Of a stretch of 64,000 bases of DNA, positions 28,418 through 38,713 are shown piece after piece. The notes under the pieces were generated by a model that was not told where the DNA came from, ran no database searches, and worked only from the letters and a program-made list of their open reading frames with translations. The position numbers and the translations under genes are program-made. This DNA is from Campylobacterales bacterium (GTDB taxonomy: Bacteria; Campylobacterota; Campylobacteria; Campylobacterales; Sulfurimonadaceae): positions 37,839 to 101,838 of the forward strand of contig JBBRBK010000002.1 in the NCBI GenBank assembly GCA_038205935.1, read 5' to 3'. Position 1 is the first letter of the stretch. Each line of letters starts with the position of its first letter.

Positions 28418-28500
28418 TCCTCTCCTTTACTTTTTTGGAATTATAACATTTTTATAAGACTTGTAACTTTTAACATCTTCGTAATTGGATACAATTATGC

Positions 28501-31281
28501 ATGGCAAAGAAAAATAAACACTCAATAAAAATAAATACAAAAATAAGACATTTTTTCGGCGACGATCCCTTTGATGTAGGGATTGATCGCGTCGATGAAA
28601 AAACCCTTATAGAACTTGCTCACACCATTGGGCTCTTTGATGTGGAGTTTAGTAAAAAAGAACTTCTTCGCGCATTGCGTCAGCTTTGGTCTACAGGCGA
28701 TACGATGGTGCGTGATGATATCCTGCATTTTTTTCAAGCAGATAAAAAACTTTATCCACCTCTCACAGCGCCTGAACCCTCAATGGAAAAAGAGGAGAAG
28801 ATAGACTCGCTTTTAGAAGAGTTTAAAGACCTTTCCCCAGATGAGCGTTTGCAGATATTTGGTGCATTTTTAGATGTAAGAAGTAAAAAAATCACTTACG
28901 CAAAGATAGAATCAAAACTCAGACATCTAAGATTTGAAAAGAAAAAAGAGCGTCTGCAAAAAGCCCTAGATGGCAAATTTGACAATGATGACAAACTTGA
29001 ATTTAATGCTTCCATAGCTATAACAACTGCAGAACACAGTTTTAAAAAGATAACAGTTTTAAAAACATCTGTTATAGATGTTGATGAGCTTATGAGTGAA
29101 AATGATGAACATCTCATCCAAAAAATAGAATCGCTCAAAAATACTGCGACTCTAAGGAAACAAAAAGAAGTGGATGAGTTTATCAAAAATCTCAAATCTC
29201 CACATCCATATTTGAGCGATCAGCAAATACTCAATGCTCTTAAAACTGCATCTCCTACAGCTGATTTAAAACTTCCACCTTTGAGTGAAACTTTGTTAGC
29301 TGCTATCTTAAAACAATATTCAAGTGTTGAGGGCTTACATGTAAGCCAAGATGATGTTGTTTTGACTTCAAAAGAGAAGTTTGATTTTAGTGATCTTGAT
29401 ATCGAGATAAAATATGAAGTACACGTTGTTATAGAGTTAGAAGAACTTTTCAAACTTATCTGGAATGGGCATGATCTTTCACTCAATACTCAGATAGAGA
29501 TGGCAAAAAAAGAGCAAGAAGATGAGTTTGTAAAAGAGTTCAATCTTCTTGTCGATGAGTGCCAAAAAGCTTCGACGCTTCTACAGCTTCCAAAACAAGA
29601 GCTTCTTGAGATAGTGTTTGAACACCTTTCTCCCTATCTTTATAACACTCTGAGTATCTCTGCAAAAACACACAGAAAGATTATTTACGCCTTTAATAAG
29701 CAGATTCAAGATGAACTTTTAAAACGTCAAAAACAGATGCTTTTAGCTCGAACTATTCGTGACTTTAAAAACCTTTTTCCTATTGCGCGTTCTATGAAAC
29801 GAGAGTTGATCTTACACATCGGACCAACTAACAGCGGTAAAACATACGAAGCACTGCAAGCTTTAAAAAAGGCAGACACAGGTTATTACCTCGCACCGCT
29901 TCGACTCTTGGCGTTAGAGGGTTATGAGGACTTAAATGCAAGCGGTGTCGATGCTTCACTTATAACAGGTGAAGAACAGCTTATTAACGAAGAGGCGACA
30001 CATATCAGCTCGACCATTGAGATGCTCAACTTCGATGTTGACGTAGATGTCTGTGTCATCGATGAGGTGCAAATGCTCGATGACCGTGATCGCGGCTGGG
30101 CGTGGGCAAATGCCATCATCGGCGCACCTGCGAAAAAGATCATCATGACGGGTTCTATCAACGCAAAAGACGCGATAATTGCGCTTGCTGAGTATCTTGG
30201 TGAAAAGCTTACTATCATAGAGTTTGAGAGAAAAAACCCTCTTAAACTGCTTCCAACTGCGACGGCGATAGCGGATGTTATGCCAGCAACCGCCATCATC
30301 GCGTTTTCAAGAAAAGATGTCTTACGTCTCAAACAAAACTTCTCACGCAGTTACAAAGTGAGTGTCGTCTATGGCAATCTCTCACCAGAAGTTAGACGTG
30401 AGGAAGCAAGAAGATTTCGAGAAAAAGAGACGGATATTTTAATTGCCACCGATGCAATCGCTATGGGAATGAACTTACCAATTAAGACGATTTTATTTTC
30501 AAAAGTTATCAAGTTCGATGGAGAAAAAGACCGCTTTTTAACTCCCTCAGAGATTCATCAGATTTCAGGACGGGCGGGAAGATATGGCTTAAATGAAGTC
30601 GGCTATGTCGGCGCACTTCAAAGTGATGCCTTACATGTAATCGAAAAAAATATGTCAAAACCTGCAAAACCTGTGGATATTCCTTTTAAAGTGATGGCAA
30701 ATCTTGATCATATCAAACTTGTCGGCTCTATTTTAGAAGAGACTTCACTTACAAAAATTCTAGAGTTTTTTGTTGAAAATATGAAGTTTAATGGTCCTTT
30801 TACCGCGGCAAATATTGAAACGATGCTTGAAGCGGCCAAAATAGTTGATGGATACGATATTGATATCGCGGCAAAATATCATCTCGCTTCTGCGCCGCTG
30901 ACACTTAAATCGCCCTTTATTGTGGCTTCGTTTGAGCGATACGTGCATAAGTTAGAGCAAAAAGAACCAATCATGTATCTGCCTCCTGAGATGAAAAGCG
31001 AGTTTGCAAGTACGATGGAAGAACTCCTCGAGATAGAAGATCGTGTTAAAGAAATTACACTTTATTTATGGCTTAGTTACAGATTTGATGAGTTCTTTAT
31101 TGACGCGGATAATGCAAGACATTTTAGAAGTGTACTCAACAGATATATAGAGAACTCTCTCAAAAATAGCCATTTTGTACCAAGATGCAGAATGTGTACA
31201 AAACCACTTCCGCTCAACTCAAACTACGGTATCTGTCAAAGCTGTTTTAGAAAAGAGTATAAAGGAAAAAGACATGGGTAA
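28501..31281 (+). CDS. SUV3-like SF2 helicase
   Basis: GPTNSGKT, YLAPLRLLA, DEVQ, TDAIAMGMN, QISGRAGR; C-terminal CRMC...CQSC. Confidence 0.9.
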   Translation: MAKKNKHSIKINTKIRHFFGDDPFDVGIDRVDEKTLIELAHTIGLFDVEFSKKELLRALRQLWSTGDTMVRDDILHFFQADKKLYPPLTAPEPSMEKEEKIDSLLEEFKDLSPDERLQIFGAFLDVRSKKITYAKIESKLRHLRFEKKKERLQKALDGKFDNDDKLEFNASIAITTAEHSFKKITVLKTSVIDVDELMSENDEHLIQKIESLKNTATLRKQKEVDEFIKNLKSPHPYLSDQQILNALKTASPTADLKLPPLSETLLAAILKQYSSVEGLHVSQDDVVLTSKEKFDFSDLDIEIKYEVHVVIELEELFKLIWNGHDLSLNTQIEMAKKEQEDEFVKEFNLLVDECQKASTLLQLPKQELLEIVFEHLSPYLYNTLSISAKTHRKIIYAFNKQIQDELLKRQKQMLLARTIRDFKNLFPIARSMKRELILHIGPTNSGKTYEALQALKKADTGYYLAPLRLLALEGYEDLNASGVDASLITGEEQLINEEATHISSTIEMLNFDVDVDVCVIDEVQMLDDRDRGWAWANAIIGAPAKKIIMTGSINAKDAIIALAEYLGEKLTIIEFERKNPLKLLPTATAIADVMPATAIIAFSRKDVLRLKQNFSRSYKVSVVYGNLSPEVRREEARRFREKETDILIATDAIAMGMNLPIKTILFSKVIKFDGEKDRFLTPSEIHQISGRAGRYGLNEVGYVGALQSDALHVIEKNMSKPAKPVDIPFKVMANLDHIKLVGSILEETSLTKILEFFVENMKFNGPFTAANIETMLEAAKIVDGYDIDIAAKYHLASAPLTLKSPFIVASFERYVHKLEQKEPIMYLPPEMKSEFASTMEELLEIEDRVKEITLYLWLSYRFDEFFIDADNARHFRSVLNRYIENSLKNSHFVPRCRMCTKPLPLNSNYGICQSCFRKEYKGKRHG

Positions 31282-31353
31282 ATATAAAATTTAATAACCA
31301 GTTATGCTATGTTATGCTCTAATAAAGCTTATATATTTTGATGAAAGGTAGTT

Positions 31354-34300
31354 TTGATGTATCTACAGGTTTTTAATCTTATTAAAGATTTAATTTTTCT
31401 TCACGATAGTGAGTATAAAATTGTTTTTGCAAATGAGGCGTATCTTTCGTTTTGTGAAAAAAAACTTGAAGAGATAGTCGGGCGACCCTATTATGAAATC
31501 CTGCCTCTGCATGATGGTCCTCTTGAAAGCTGTTTGAAGTCGTTGAAAAGTGGAGATGTTTCTGAGCATAGTGAAACTCTCATACTTAATGAACAGCCTT
31601 ATTTAAGCCGCTCTATAAGAACTCAGCTCCCAGATTTCTCTCTTCCTGTTTCTATTCATATCTTAGAAAATTTAAACTTTTTACCGAAAAATCGAGATAT
31701 TTCTGAGAATGTACCACAAAACAGTTTCGTAAAAGATCGTCATTCAAGTTATCTTTTTTCTTATCAAGACTATAGACAGACAATATCACAGCTCAATGGT
31801 ATTTTAGACACTATCCCTGACCCGACTTGGCTAAAAAGTGGTGATGGAGTCTTTCTTGCATGCAATCCTATGTTTGAACGCCTATATGGAACTAAAGAAA
31901 AAGATATCATCGGAAAAACAGACTATGATTTTGTTGACAAGGAAGTTGCTGATTTTTTCCGTGAAAAAGACCGCTTAGCGATAGATGCGAAAGAGCGAAC
32001 CCGTAATGAAGAGTGGCTAACATTCGCGGACAATGGATACAGAGGTCTTTTCGAGACGGTTAAAACTCCTTTGTATGATGATGCTCATAATTTGATCGGT
32101 ATTTTGGGAATCGCACGCGATATTACCGAGCTTAAAAATCAAGAAAATAGATATCGTACCTTGTTTGAAAGAAACGGTACATGTACGGCTATTATTGAAG
32201 CGGATGGGACTATCTCTTTAGCTAATGAGCAGTTTGCAGAACTTGCAGAAACTTCAAAAGAATCATTGATCGGAAGCTCTTTTGTAAATCTTATAGATGA
32301 CATAGATAAAGAACGGATAAAAACTTATCATCTTAGACGCTCATTTGATGAAACAGTTCCTAATAGTTATGAGCTTAACTTTATTTCGGCCAAAGGGCAA
32401 AAGGGAATCGGATCAGTAACTGCTGTTTATTTACCAGATAGCGCTCAAACAATTGTTTCATTGATAGATATAACACAGCAAAATAAAGACAAAATATATA
32501 TCCAGCGGTTGACTCAGATGTATGCAACTCTAAGTCAATGCAATCAGGTGATTATCCATGCTCTCAACCCCCAAGAGCTTTTTGAACAGATTTGTAAATA
32601 TGCCGTTACGCTCGGCGGGATGAGTATGGCATGGATAGGTCTTGTAGATGCGCAAGAGGAGATGATATGTCTCGCTGCTTCTTACGGAGATGTGCATCAT
32701 TATCTTGATGAAATCGAAATTTCTACCCGCGGGGATGTTCTTTTTGGACAAGGACCTACCGGTACTTCCGTTCGTGAAAAACATCCAGTTTGGTGTCAGG
32801 ATTTTATGAATGATCCATCTACTACTCCATGGCATGAAAAAGGAAAAGAAATGGGTTGGCAAGGTTCTGCTTCGATTCCTTTTTATCAAAATGGAAAAGT
32901 TATAGGCGCCTTTACTCTTTATTCTACAACTCTGAATGCATTTGATTCTCTAAGTCAAAAGCTAATTGCAGAGATGACGACAGAACTTAGTTTTGCCATG
33001 GATAATTTTGACCGTGAAGCAAAGCGAAAAGCTTCACAAGACCATTTAATACAAACAGAAAAACTCTTAGAAGATATGAGTGCGATGGCTCATGTCGGGG
33101 CATGGGAGTTTGATCCAAAAACTGGCGAAGGAGAATGGACTGTTGAAATGGCCCGTATTCATGATATGAATCCAGATGATTCTACCTCCGTGGAAATAGG
33201 ACTTAGTGTATATCACGGCGAGTGGCTTCAAAAAATAAAAAGTGCTATAGATACAACTATGCATCATCACATCCCTTATGATCTGGAACTTCAGATGAGA
33301 ACACCAAAGGGAAATGAAAAATGGATCCATACTATCGGAGTTCCGGTTATTGAAAATGGAGAAGTGATGAGCATTCGCGCTTCATTGCAAGATATTACAG
33401 CTCAAAAAACAGCGCAGGATCAAGCTAAGTGGTTGGCTCATTTTGATGCTTTAACAGGATTGCCAAATAAAATATTACTAAGCGATAGGGCTCTACAGGC
33501 AATTAGTATTGCTGATAGAACGGACACTTCACTAGCCGTAATACTTCTTGATTTGGATCATTTTAAAAATATCAATGATACTCTTGGACACTCTATTGGT
33601 GATGCTATTTTAGTTGAAATTGCTTCACGGATGAAGTTGATAATACGATATGGCGATACGCTCTCTCGTCAAGGAGGAGATGAATTTGTTATCCTGCTTC
33701 CAGGTGCTGACGTTGATGGAGCGATTCACTTTGCTGAAAAAGTGACACATCTTATCTCTCAAGTATATCAAATTGAGCATCATATTCTTACGGTAACTCC
33801 ATCCATCGGGATTGCCATGTATCCCATAGATGGCAAAGATTTTCAGAGTTTGTTTCAAGCTGCTGATGTTGCGATGTATCGCGCAAAAAATGATGGACGC
33901 AACTGCTATCGTTTTTATACTTCTGAGCTTCAAACAAGTGCAGCTCGCAATCTTCAAATTGAAAATGCTCTACGTCAGGCAGTAGCGAATAATGAATTAG
34001 AGGTTTACTATCAACCCCAAGTTGATGCTATGACAGAAAAACTAGTTGGAAGTGAAGCTTTGCTTCGTTGGAAGAATCCAACACTTGGGATGGTCTCTCC
34101 AGCAGAGTTTATTCCCATTGCAGAAAGTAGTGGACAAATTATTGCCATTGGCGAGTGGGTACTTCGCACTGCACTAAATCAGCTGAAAATATGGATAGAC
34201 ACAGGGATGGAACCTTTTCTAATGGCTATCAATCTCTCAGCTGTCCAATTTCGTCATCCTAAACTTATCTCTCTAGTTTTAAGTGCGTTGCAAGAGAGTG

Positions 34301-34725
34301 GAGTTTCATCAGAATATCTTGAGTTGGAACTTACAGAAAGTATCACGATGCAAGATCCCATGAATGCTATAGCTATCATGAATGAGCTTCACAGCCATGG
34401 GATTCGAATGTCTATTGATGATTTTGGAACTGGATATTCCTCTTTGAGTTATCTCAAAAAATTCAGCGTATATAAACTGAAAATAGATCAATCGTTTATT
34501 CGTGATATCAATGAAAATCTTGATGATAGAAATATTGTAAAAACAATTATCAGTATGGCACACAACCTTAATATGATAACTATTGCAGAGGGTGTGGAAA
34601 CTGCAGATCAACTAGAGTTTCTTCGAAAAAATGGATGTAATGAGATACAGGGCTACTATTTTAGCAGACCGCTTCCTGCCAGTGAGTTTGAGGTTTTTGT
34701 ACAACAACATACTACCAAAGGCTAA
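31354..34725 (+). CDS. Cytoplasmic PAS/GAF GGDEF-EAL protein
   Basis: Multiple PAS, one GAF, RQGGDEF, EALLRW, DDFGTGYSS. Confidence 0.93.
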   Translation: MMYLQVFNLIKDLIFLHDSEYKIVFANEAYLSFCEKKLEEIVGRPYYEILPLHDGPLESCLKSLKSGDVSEHSETLILNEQPYLSRSIRTQLPDFSLPVSIHILENLNFLPKNRDISENVPQNSFVKDRHSSYLFSYQDYRQTISQLNGILDTIPDPTWLKSGDGVFLACNPMFERLYGTKEKDIIGKTDYDFVDKEVADFFREKDRLAIDAKERTRNEEWLTFADNGYRGLFETVKTPLYDDAHNLIGILGIARDITELKNQENRYRTLFERNGTCTAIIEADGTISLANEQFAELAETSKESLIGSSFVNLIDDIDKERIKTYHLRRSFDETVPNSYELNFISAKGQKGIGSVTAVYLPDSAQTIVSLIDITQQNKDKIYIQRLTQMYATLSQCNQVIIHALNPQELFEQICKYAVTLGGMSMAWIGLVDAQEEMICLAASYGDVHHYLDEIEISTRGDVLFGQGPTGTSVREKHPVWCQDFMNDPSTTPWHEKGKEMGWQGSASIPFYQNGKVIGAFTLYSTTLNAFDSLSQKLIAEMTTELSFAMDNFDREAKRKASQDHLIQTEKLLEDMSAMAHVGAWEFDPKTGEGEWTVEMARIHDMNPDDSTSVEIGLSVYHGEWLQKIKSAIDTTMHHHIPYDLELQMRTPKGNEKWIHTIGVPVIENGEVMSIRASLQDITAQKTAQDQAKWLAHFDALTGLPNKILLSDRALQAISIADRTDTSLAVILLDLDHFKNINDTLGHSIGDAILVEIASRMKLIIRYGDTLSRQGGDEFVILLPGADVDGAIHFAEKVTHLISQVYQIEHHILTVTPSIGIAMYPIDGKDFQSLFQAADVAMYRAKNDGRNCYRFYTSELQTSAARNLQIENALRQAVANNELEVYYQPQVDAMTEKLVGSEALLRWKNPTLGMVSPAEFIPIAESSGQIIAIGEWVLRTALNQLKIWIDTGMEPFLMAINLSAVQFRHPKLISLVLSALQESGVSSEYLELELTESITMQDPMNAIAIMNELHSHGIRMSIDDFGTGYSSLSYLKKFSVYKLKIDQSFIRDINENLDDRNIVKTIISMAHNLNMITIAEGVETADQLEFLRKNGCNEIQGYYFSRPLPASEFEVFVQQHTTKG

Positions 34726-34799
34726 AGTAGATTAGGTTTTAAGAAAAACTTATGCTACAATTCGCTTTCAAAAATTTTAAAAGAAAGTGGGTGATGTGA

Positions 34800-35012
34800 A
34801 TGCCTGGTATCGTATTACGCCATGACGATAATTTTGATGCTTCTTACCGCCGTTTCAAGAAACAAACAGATAGAAATCTGATTGTAACTGAAGCGCGTGC
34901 TCGCCGTTTCCACGAAACAGCGACTGAAAAGCGTAAGAAAGACAAAATTAGCGCTCGTAAGAAAATGCTTAAACGCCTCTACATGATGAGACGTTATGAG
35001 TCTCGCTTATAG
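34800..35012 (+). CDS. rpsU: 30S ribosomal protein S21
   Basis: MPGIVLR...[11 protein letters not shown]...RRYESRL; extended -10 TGCTACAAT at 34753-34761. Confidence 0.97.
   Translation: MPGIVLRHDDNFDASYRRFKKQTDRNLIVTEARARRFHETATEKRKKDKISARKKMLKRLYMMRRYESRL
34993..35012 (+). repeat. Left att site
   Basis: GTTATGAGTCTCGCTTATAG; shares the 7-bp core GTTATGA with 40817-40823. Confidence 0.85.
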
Positions 35013-35074
35013 AAACCGCACAACATCGTAGAATAGGGCTTAAAACACTCCTTTAAGGTTTGTTTTAAAAGTCC

Positions 35075-35096
35075 ATTTCTACCCTATTTATACCTA
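35075..35096 (+). repeat. Candidate integrase arm-type site (left)
   Basis: ATTTCTACCCTATTTATACCTA, 20/22 identical to 40665-40686. Confidence 0.65.
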
Positions 35097-35289
35097 CTAA
35101 TCAAAAAACACTATAAAATCACTCTTTTTTTTAACATATACTTAACAAGCAATTTACATTTATTTACATCATTTATCAAGTGAATATTTTGCAAGTGTCG
35201 TTATTTGTGAGCTTTTATCTTAAGAGGATAGAATTTTGTTTTTAACCTTAACATTTCCGTACATTTGATACTACGATTTTACTAAGATT

Positions 35290-35616
35290 TTATTTATACA
35301 ATCCATTCAATTTAAAATCTTTGCGGATCTTCTTAAACTCCAACATATCAACAAACTTGTTTTCATAATCATCTAATCTACTCATAATTTCAAGGGCTTT
35401 AAACGAGCATCTATCAGCGGATAGATTTCCCGTTCTGTGTGAAGTGCCTCTTATAATTTGTGAGCCTTGATACAATAAGTTAGCACTCAACAAAATAAGC
35501 TCCGATTCGCTCGGAACTTTGAGCCTTGATACTTTCACGGTCGTGATAGGTTTGTAGCCTCTGAGTGGCTTTAAACCATCAATTATGGTTAAGTCTTGGA
35601 TAGTTCTTAGTTTCAT
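35290..35616 (-). CDS. Hypothetical protein (element)
   Basis: ATGA overlap with the upstream gene; no recognised motif. Confidence 0.6.
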   Translation of the reverse strand: MKLRTIQDLTIIDGLKPLRGYKPITTVKVSRLKVPSESELILLSANLLYQGSQIIRGTSHRTGNLSADRCSFKALEIMSRLDDYENKFVDMLEFKKIRKDFKLNGLYK

Positions 35617-36029
35617 ATTTCATTTAATTGAAGAGTGATATTTGTTTTGGTTCCCGTGTACTCGCAAGTTTTTTCAAGATTAGTTTTTGTGTAAATAGTT
35701 CTTTTTTCTATCTGCTCCAACTTGAATAAAATATCATTTCGGATCAAGTGCAAATCTTTTATATTCGTAGTTTTTAAATCTGCTCCATCTATCGCATCAT
35801 CAAACTTTTGCAATTGCTTAAGTAGTGTTTCATATTGAGATTTTTTATCGTGCTTGTATCTCTCTTTGAGTTCTTGCATATCCTGAAACTTTAAATCATT
35901 AATATCATCTTGAAATAATCTACTCCATTGTATCAAGGTCGGTTTTGAGACTTTCAGCTGCTGAGCTATTTTATCGAAGCTTAATCCATCAGCACGAAGC
36001 AATAAAAACTTCTTTTGATTATCGTTCAT
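35613..36029 (-). CDS. HTH plus coiled-coil protein (element)
   Basis: GLSFDKIAQQLKVSKPTLIQW helix-turn-helix; GAGG RBS. Confidence 0.8.
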   Translation of the reverse strand: MNDNQKKFLLLRADGLSFDKIAQQLKVSKPTLIQWSRLFQDDINDLKFQDMQELKERYKHDKKSQYETLLKQLQKFDDAIDGADLKTTNIKDLHLIRNDILFKLEQIEKRTIYTKTNLEKTCEYTGTKTNITLQLNEI

Positions 36030-36321
36030 TTAGCACCTCATCAAATATCTCATCATAATATTTATTGATTGTTACATAAGCAATAGCAGTTCTTTTGTGT
36101 ATCTGATACTTGGACGGCTTCATATCTTGGCTGTGAAGCATTAAAAGAGTTTCTTTGATAGATTGTTTTACTCTTTGAGTTTTTATCGCTCTTGCATCAG
36201 TGAGAGAGTTGTTTGAAGTAGTAGGCTGTAACTGTTCTAACTGTTCAAAAATAGCGATATTTCTACCCTTAACAATCTTCTTAACTTGGTTAAATAAATC
36301 TTCATCTATCTCTATAATCAA
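36019..36321 (-). CDS. Hypothetical protein with probable C-terminal HTH (element)
   Basis: PSKYQIHKRTAIAYVTINKY; TTG start with GAGG RBS; TATAAT at 36354-36359. Confidence 0.7.
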   Translation of the reverse strand: MIIEIDEDLFNQVKKIVKGRNIAIFEQLEQLQPTTSNNSLTDARAIKTQRVKQSIKETLLMLHSQDMKPSKYQIHKRTAIAYVTINKYYDEIFDEVLNER

Positions 36322-36436
36322 AATAAGCCTCTTTATTGATATAATTTAGCTGTATTATACTATAAAATAGTTATATTGTAGTAGTGGGTAGGAACTCAAA
36401 GAGAAATTAATCCCTTATGAGTTTTGATTATGTCGA

Positions 36437-36907
36437 TTAGTGAAGATGTAAGGGCTTGTTAAAAACATCTACTTGTAGCAAGTCAAGTTCTTGATACACT
36501 TCTTTGATATTAGTTACTCCCATACTTACTAAGAATTGAGATAAATGTTCTAATGTTTCATCATCTATCAAATTAAAAGCTATGATGTTAGATTTAAACA
36601 TTTGTTCTATAAGGTCGGTTTGTTCTTTGCTTTTAGATACTTGCAATAAATATTCATAAACTTTGATTTCTATCTCATCATCTTCTATGAGCTTTGCAAT
36701 TTGCATAACCATTAAAAGAGTTATCAAGTTTTTATCTATAACTTCTTTGGTACTTGCATCGTACAAAAATAAACTTGTTACTCTCAACCTCTCTCTAAGC
36801 TCTGATTTTTCCATCTCGGATAAAGCCTCATCACTTGCATAAGTAATTCCATTTAGTACAAAGTTTAGTTTGATTGCACTATCACTAATTTTAAACATTT
36901 CTTGCAT
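36437..36907 (-). CDS. Hypothetical acidic helical protein (element)
   Basis: AAGGA RBS; no recognised motif. Confidence 0.7.
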   Translation of the reverse strand: MQEMFKISDSAIKLNFVLNGITYASDEALSEMEKSELRERLRVTSLFLYDASTKEVIDKNLITLLMVMQIAKLIEDDEIEIKVYEYLLQVSKSKEQTDLIEQMFKSNIIAFNLIDDETLEHLSQFLVSMGVTNIKEVYQELDLLQVDVFNKPLHLH

Positions 36908-37018
36908 TGATTTTTCCTTGTTTTTGAGTGCTTTTTTTCAGTTCACTTTTTGAAGCCTCATAAAGCCCTATTTACTTGGCTTCGTTGAGGTTTTTGTAAG
37001 AATTATTTATTATGTTAC

Positions 37019-37690
37019 TTATAGGATAGAAATATCAACATTTAAGCCACTAAATCGCTTGATAGATTTTTCTATTTTTGCGTAAAGTTTCTCTATGTCT
37101 TGGACTTGTATCTTACCTATGTAACTACTCATAAAACTAAACTCTAATCTGTAAATATTTACTGTATTGTTATTAGTCTTGGACTTACAATAAGTTTTTA
37201 TATTTACATAGCTGTTACTCTTGGCTTCGCTCTCACTTTTGTAGTAAGTAGTATTCCATCTTTTAGTTGGCGTTCTATCCTTGCAAATTAACTTAATAGC
37301 TTTTGTAGGTACATTACCATTAAAATCAATAGCAACATCAAGCCGTGTGATTAATGCCTCTTGTATCTGCTCCCATATTTCACTTAGTAGCTCACTCAAG
37401 AACATAGATTTTTCATTGTACCCGTGAAGCCCTGCAAATTCTAAAGTTTCTCTTTGTGGACTCCGATTAAATCTTTTTATAGGCACGGTTAAGCCTTTGG
37501 CGGTATGTAGTATTTTCGCCTGTGTTATGCTTTTAGTGAGAGAGCGTTTAAAAGTTTCTCTCCATATTTGAGGCTCAAAAACTCCCATACCCTTAACTAT
37601 TTCTATGCTATAATTTTCATTCAATTTGAAATAATCCTCTATGTTTGAGCTACTAATGTTTAGGGAGTCAATAGCTCCCTTTACTCTCAT
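37019..37690 (-). CDS. Rep_trans-like rolling-circle initiator / relaxase
   Basis: IDSL, ITRLDVAIDF, KTYCK and IYRLEF in the order of the Rep_trans RxD, Tyr and RxE motifs. Confidence 0.7.
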   Translation of the reverse strand: MRVKGAIDSLNISSSNIEDYFKLNENYSIEIVKGMGVFEPQIWRETFKRSLTKSITQAKILHTAKGLTVPIKRFNRSPQRETLEFAGLHGYNEKSMFLSELLSEIWEQIQEALITRLDVAIDFNGNVPTKAIKLICKDRTPTKRWNTTYYKSESEAKSNSYVNIKTYCKSKTNNNTVNIYRLEFSFMSSYIGKIQVQDIEKLYAKIEKSIKRFSGLNVDISIL

Positions 37691-37699
37691 AATACATTC

Positions 37700-37990
37700 T
37701 CAAACTACACTCAAAAAGTCTAACACTTGTTTTGTAGTGTAGCGGTCTAATAACTCTTTGGCTCTTTGGATATTTTCTTTATTGCCTATGAGAACATAAG
37801 GCTTATAGTTAGAGTACTTTGTAGGTACTCGCTCATCCTCAAATATTAAGCCATTGTCTGAAAATTCCAACTTTATATTTTCAATTCTACCAACATAATA
37901 TTTTATGCGACTGTTATATATTCGTACATCTATACCATCGATCAAATCTTTTAATACTAAGTAGTGTGATACATAAGGCGGTTTTTTCAT
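37700..37990 (-). CDS. Hypothetical protein (element)
   Basis: GAGG RBS; ATGA overlap with the upstream ORF. Confidence 0.7.
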   Translation of the reverse strand: MKKPPYVSHYLVLKDLIDGIDVRIYNSRIKYYVGRIENIKLEFSDNGLIFEDERVPTKYSNYKPYVLIGNKENIQRAKELLDRYTTKQVLDFLSVV

Positions 37991-38280
37991 AATACCACCT
38001 CATCAAAAACGACCGATAAAGTAACTTCTACTTTTTGCATATCTTCAAATAAAACATTATGAATAAACTCTAAATCTACAATATCAACACTCTTGAGCAT
38101 TTGAAGCACCTTGAGAGATACTTCTATCGTGCTGTTATCTTCAATAAATTCATCTTTGAGCATTTCATCAAGTAACCAACTTTTGAGGCTCTCATCACTC
38201 TCATTAGTTGATTTACCGCTGTTATAAAAATCTTCAACTGTTAGAGATACAATTCTCTTTATTCTTTTTGAGATGTTCAT
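37987..38280 (-). CDS. Hypothetical protein (element)
   Basis: GGTG RBS; follows the AlpA-like gene. Confidence 0.7.
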   Translation of the reverse strand: MNISKRIKRIVSLTVEDFYNSGKSTNESDESLKSWLLDEMLKDEFIEDNSTIEVSLKVLQMLKSVDIVDLEFIHNVLFEDMQKVEVTLSVVFDEVVL

Positions 38281-38291
38281 ATCACACCACC

Positions 38292-38546
38292 CTAAGCCGT
38301 TTGAATATTAGATTCAGTTAAGTATCTAACTATCTCTTGGAGTGGATAAACAACCGTTCCATTTTTCGACTTACTATCCATCTTTTTATATGATGGTCCT
38401 ATGCCTTGTTCTCTCATTCTGTAAAGAGTCGCTAAAGATACATTCAGCACCTCTATCGTTTTGCTTTGCTTTACAATAGCACCATACACGGGTAACATCA
38501 AAGAGTATAATTCTCTTTGTTCATCTGTAAGTATTTTATTACTCAT
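38292..38546 (-). CDS. AlpA/excisionase-like HTH protein
   Basis: LNVSLATLYRMREQGIGPSY...VVYPLQEIVRYL. Confidence 0.8.
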   Translation of the reverse strand: MSNKILTDEQRELYSLMLPVYGAIVKQSKTIEVLNVSLATLYRMREQGIGPSYKKMDSKSKNGTVVYPLQEIVRYLTESNIQTA

Positions 38547-38713
38547 AATTTGCCTTGTATACCCTTTCAGATATACGCCCTTAGCTAAAGGGTAGCTACA
38601 CGATATTTAAAAATTTTATCGCATTGGTTTAAACTTGCTTGAATTATAAAGAAGTTGAAGATTTATGCTCTTATATGTTTTTCTTGCTTTTGTGCTATTT
38701 ATGTATGAGTGTT

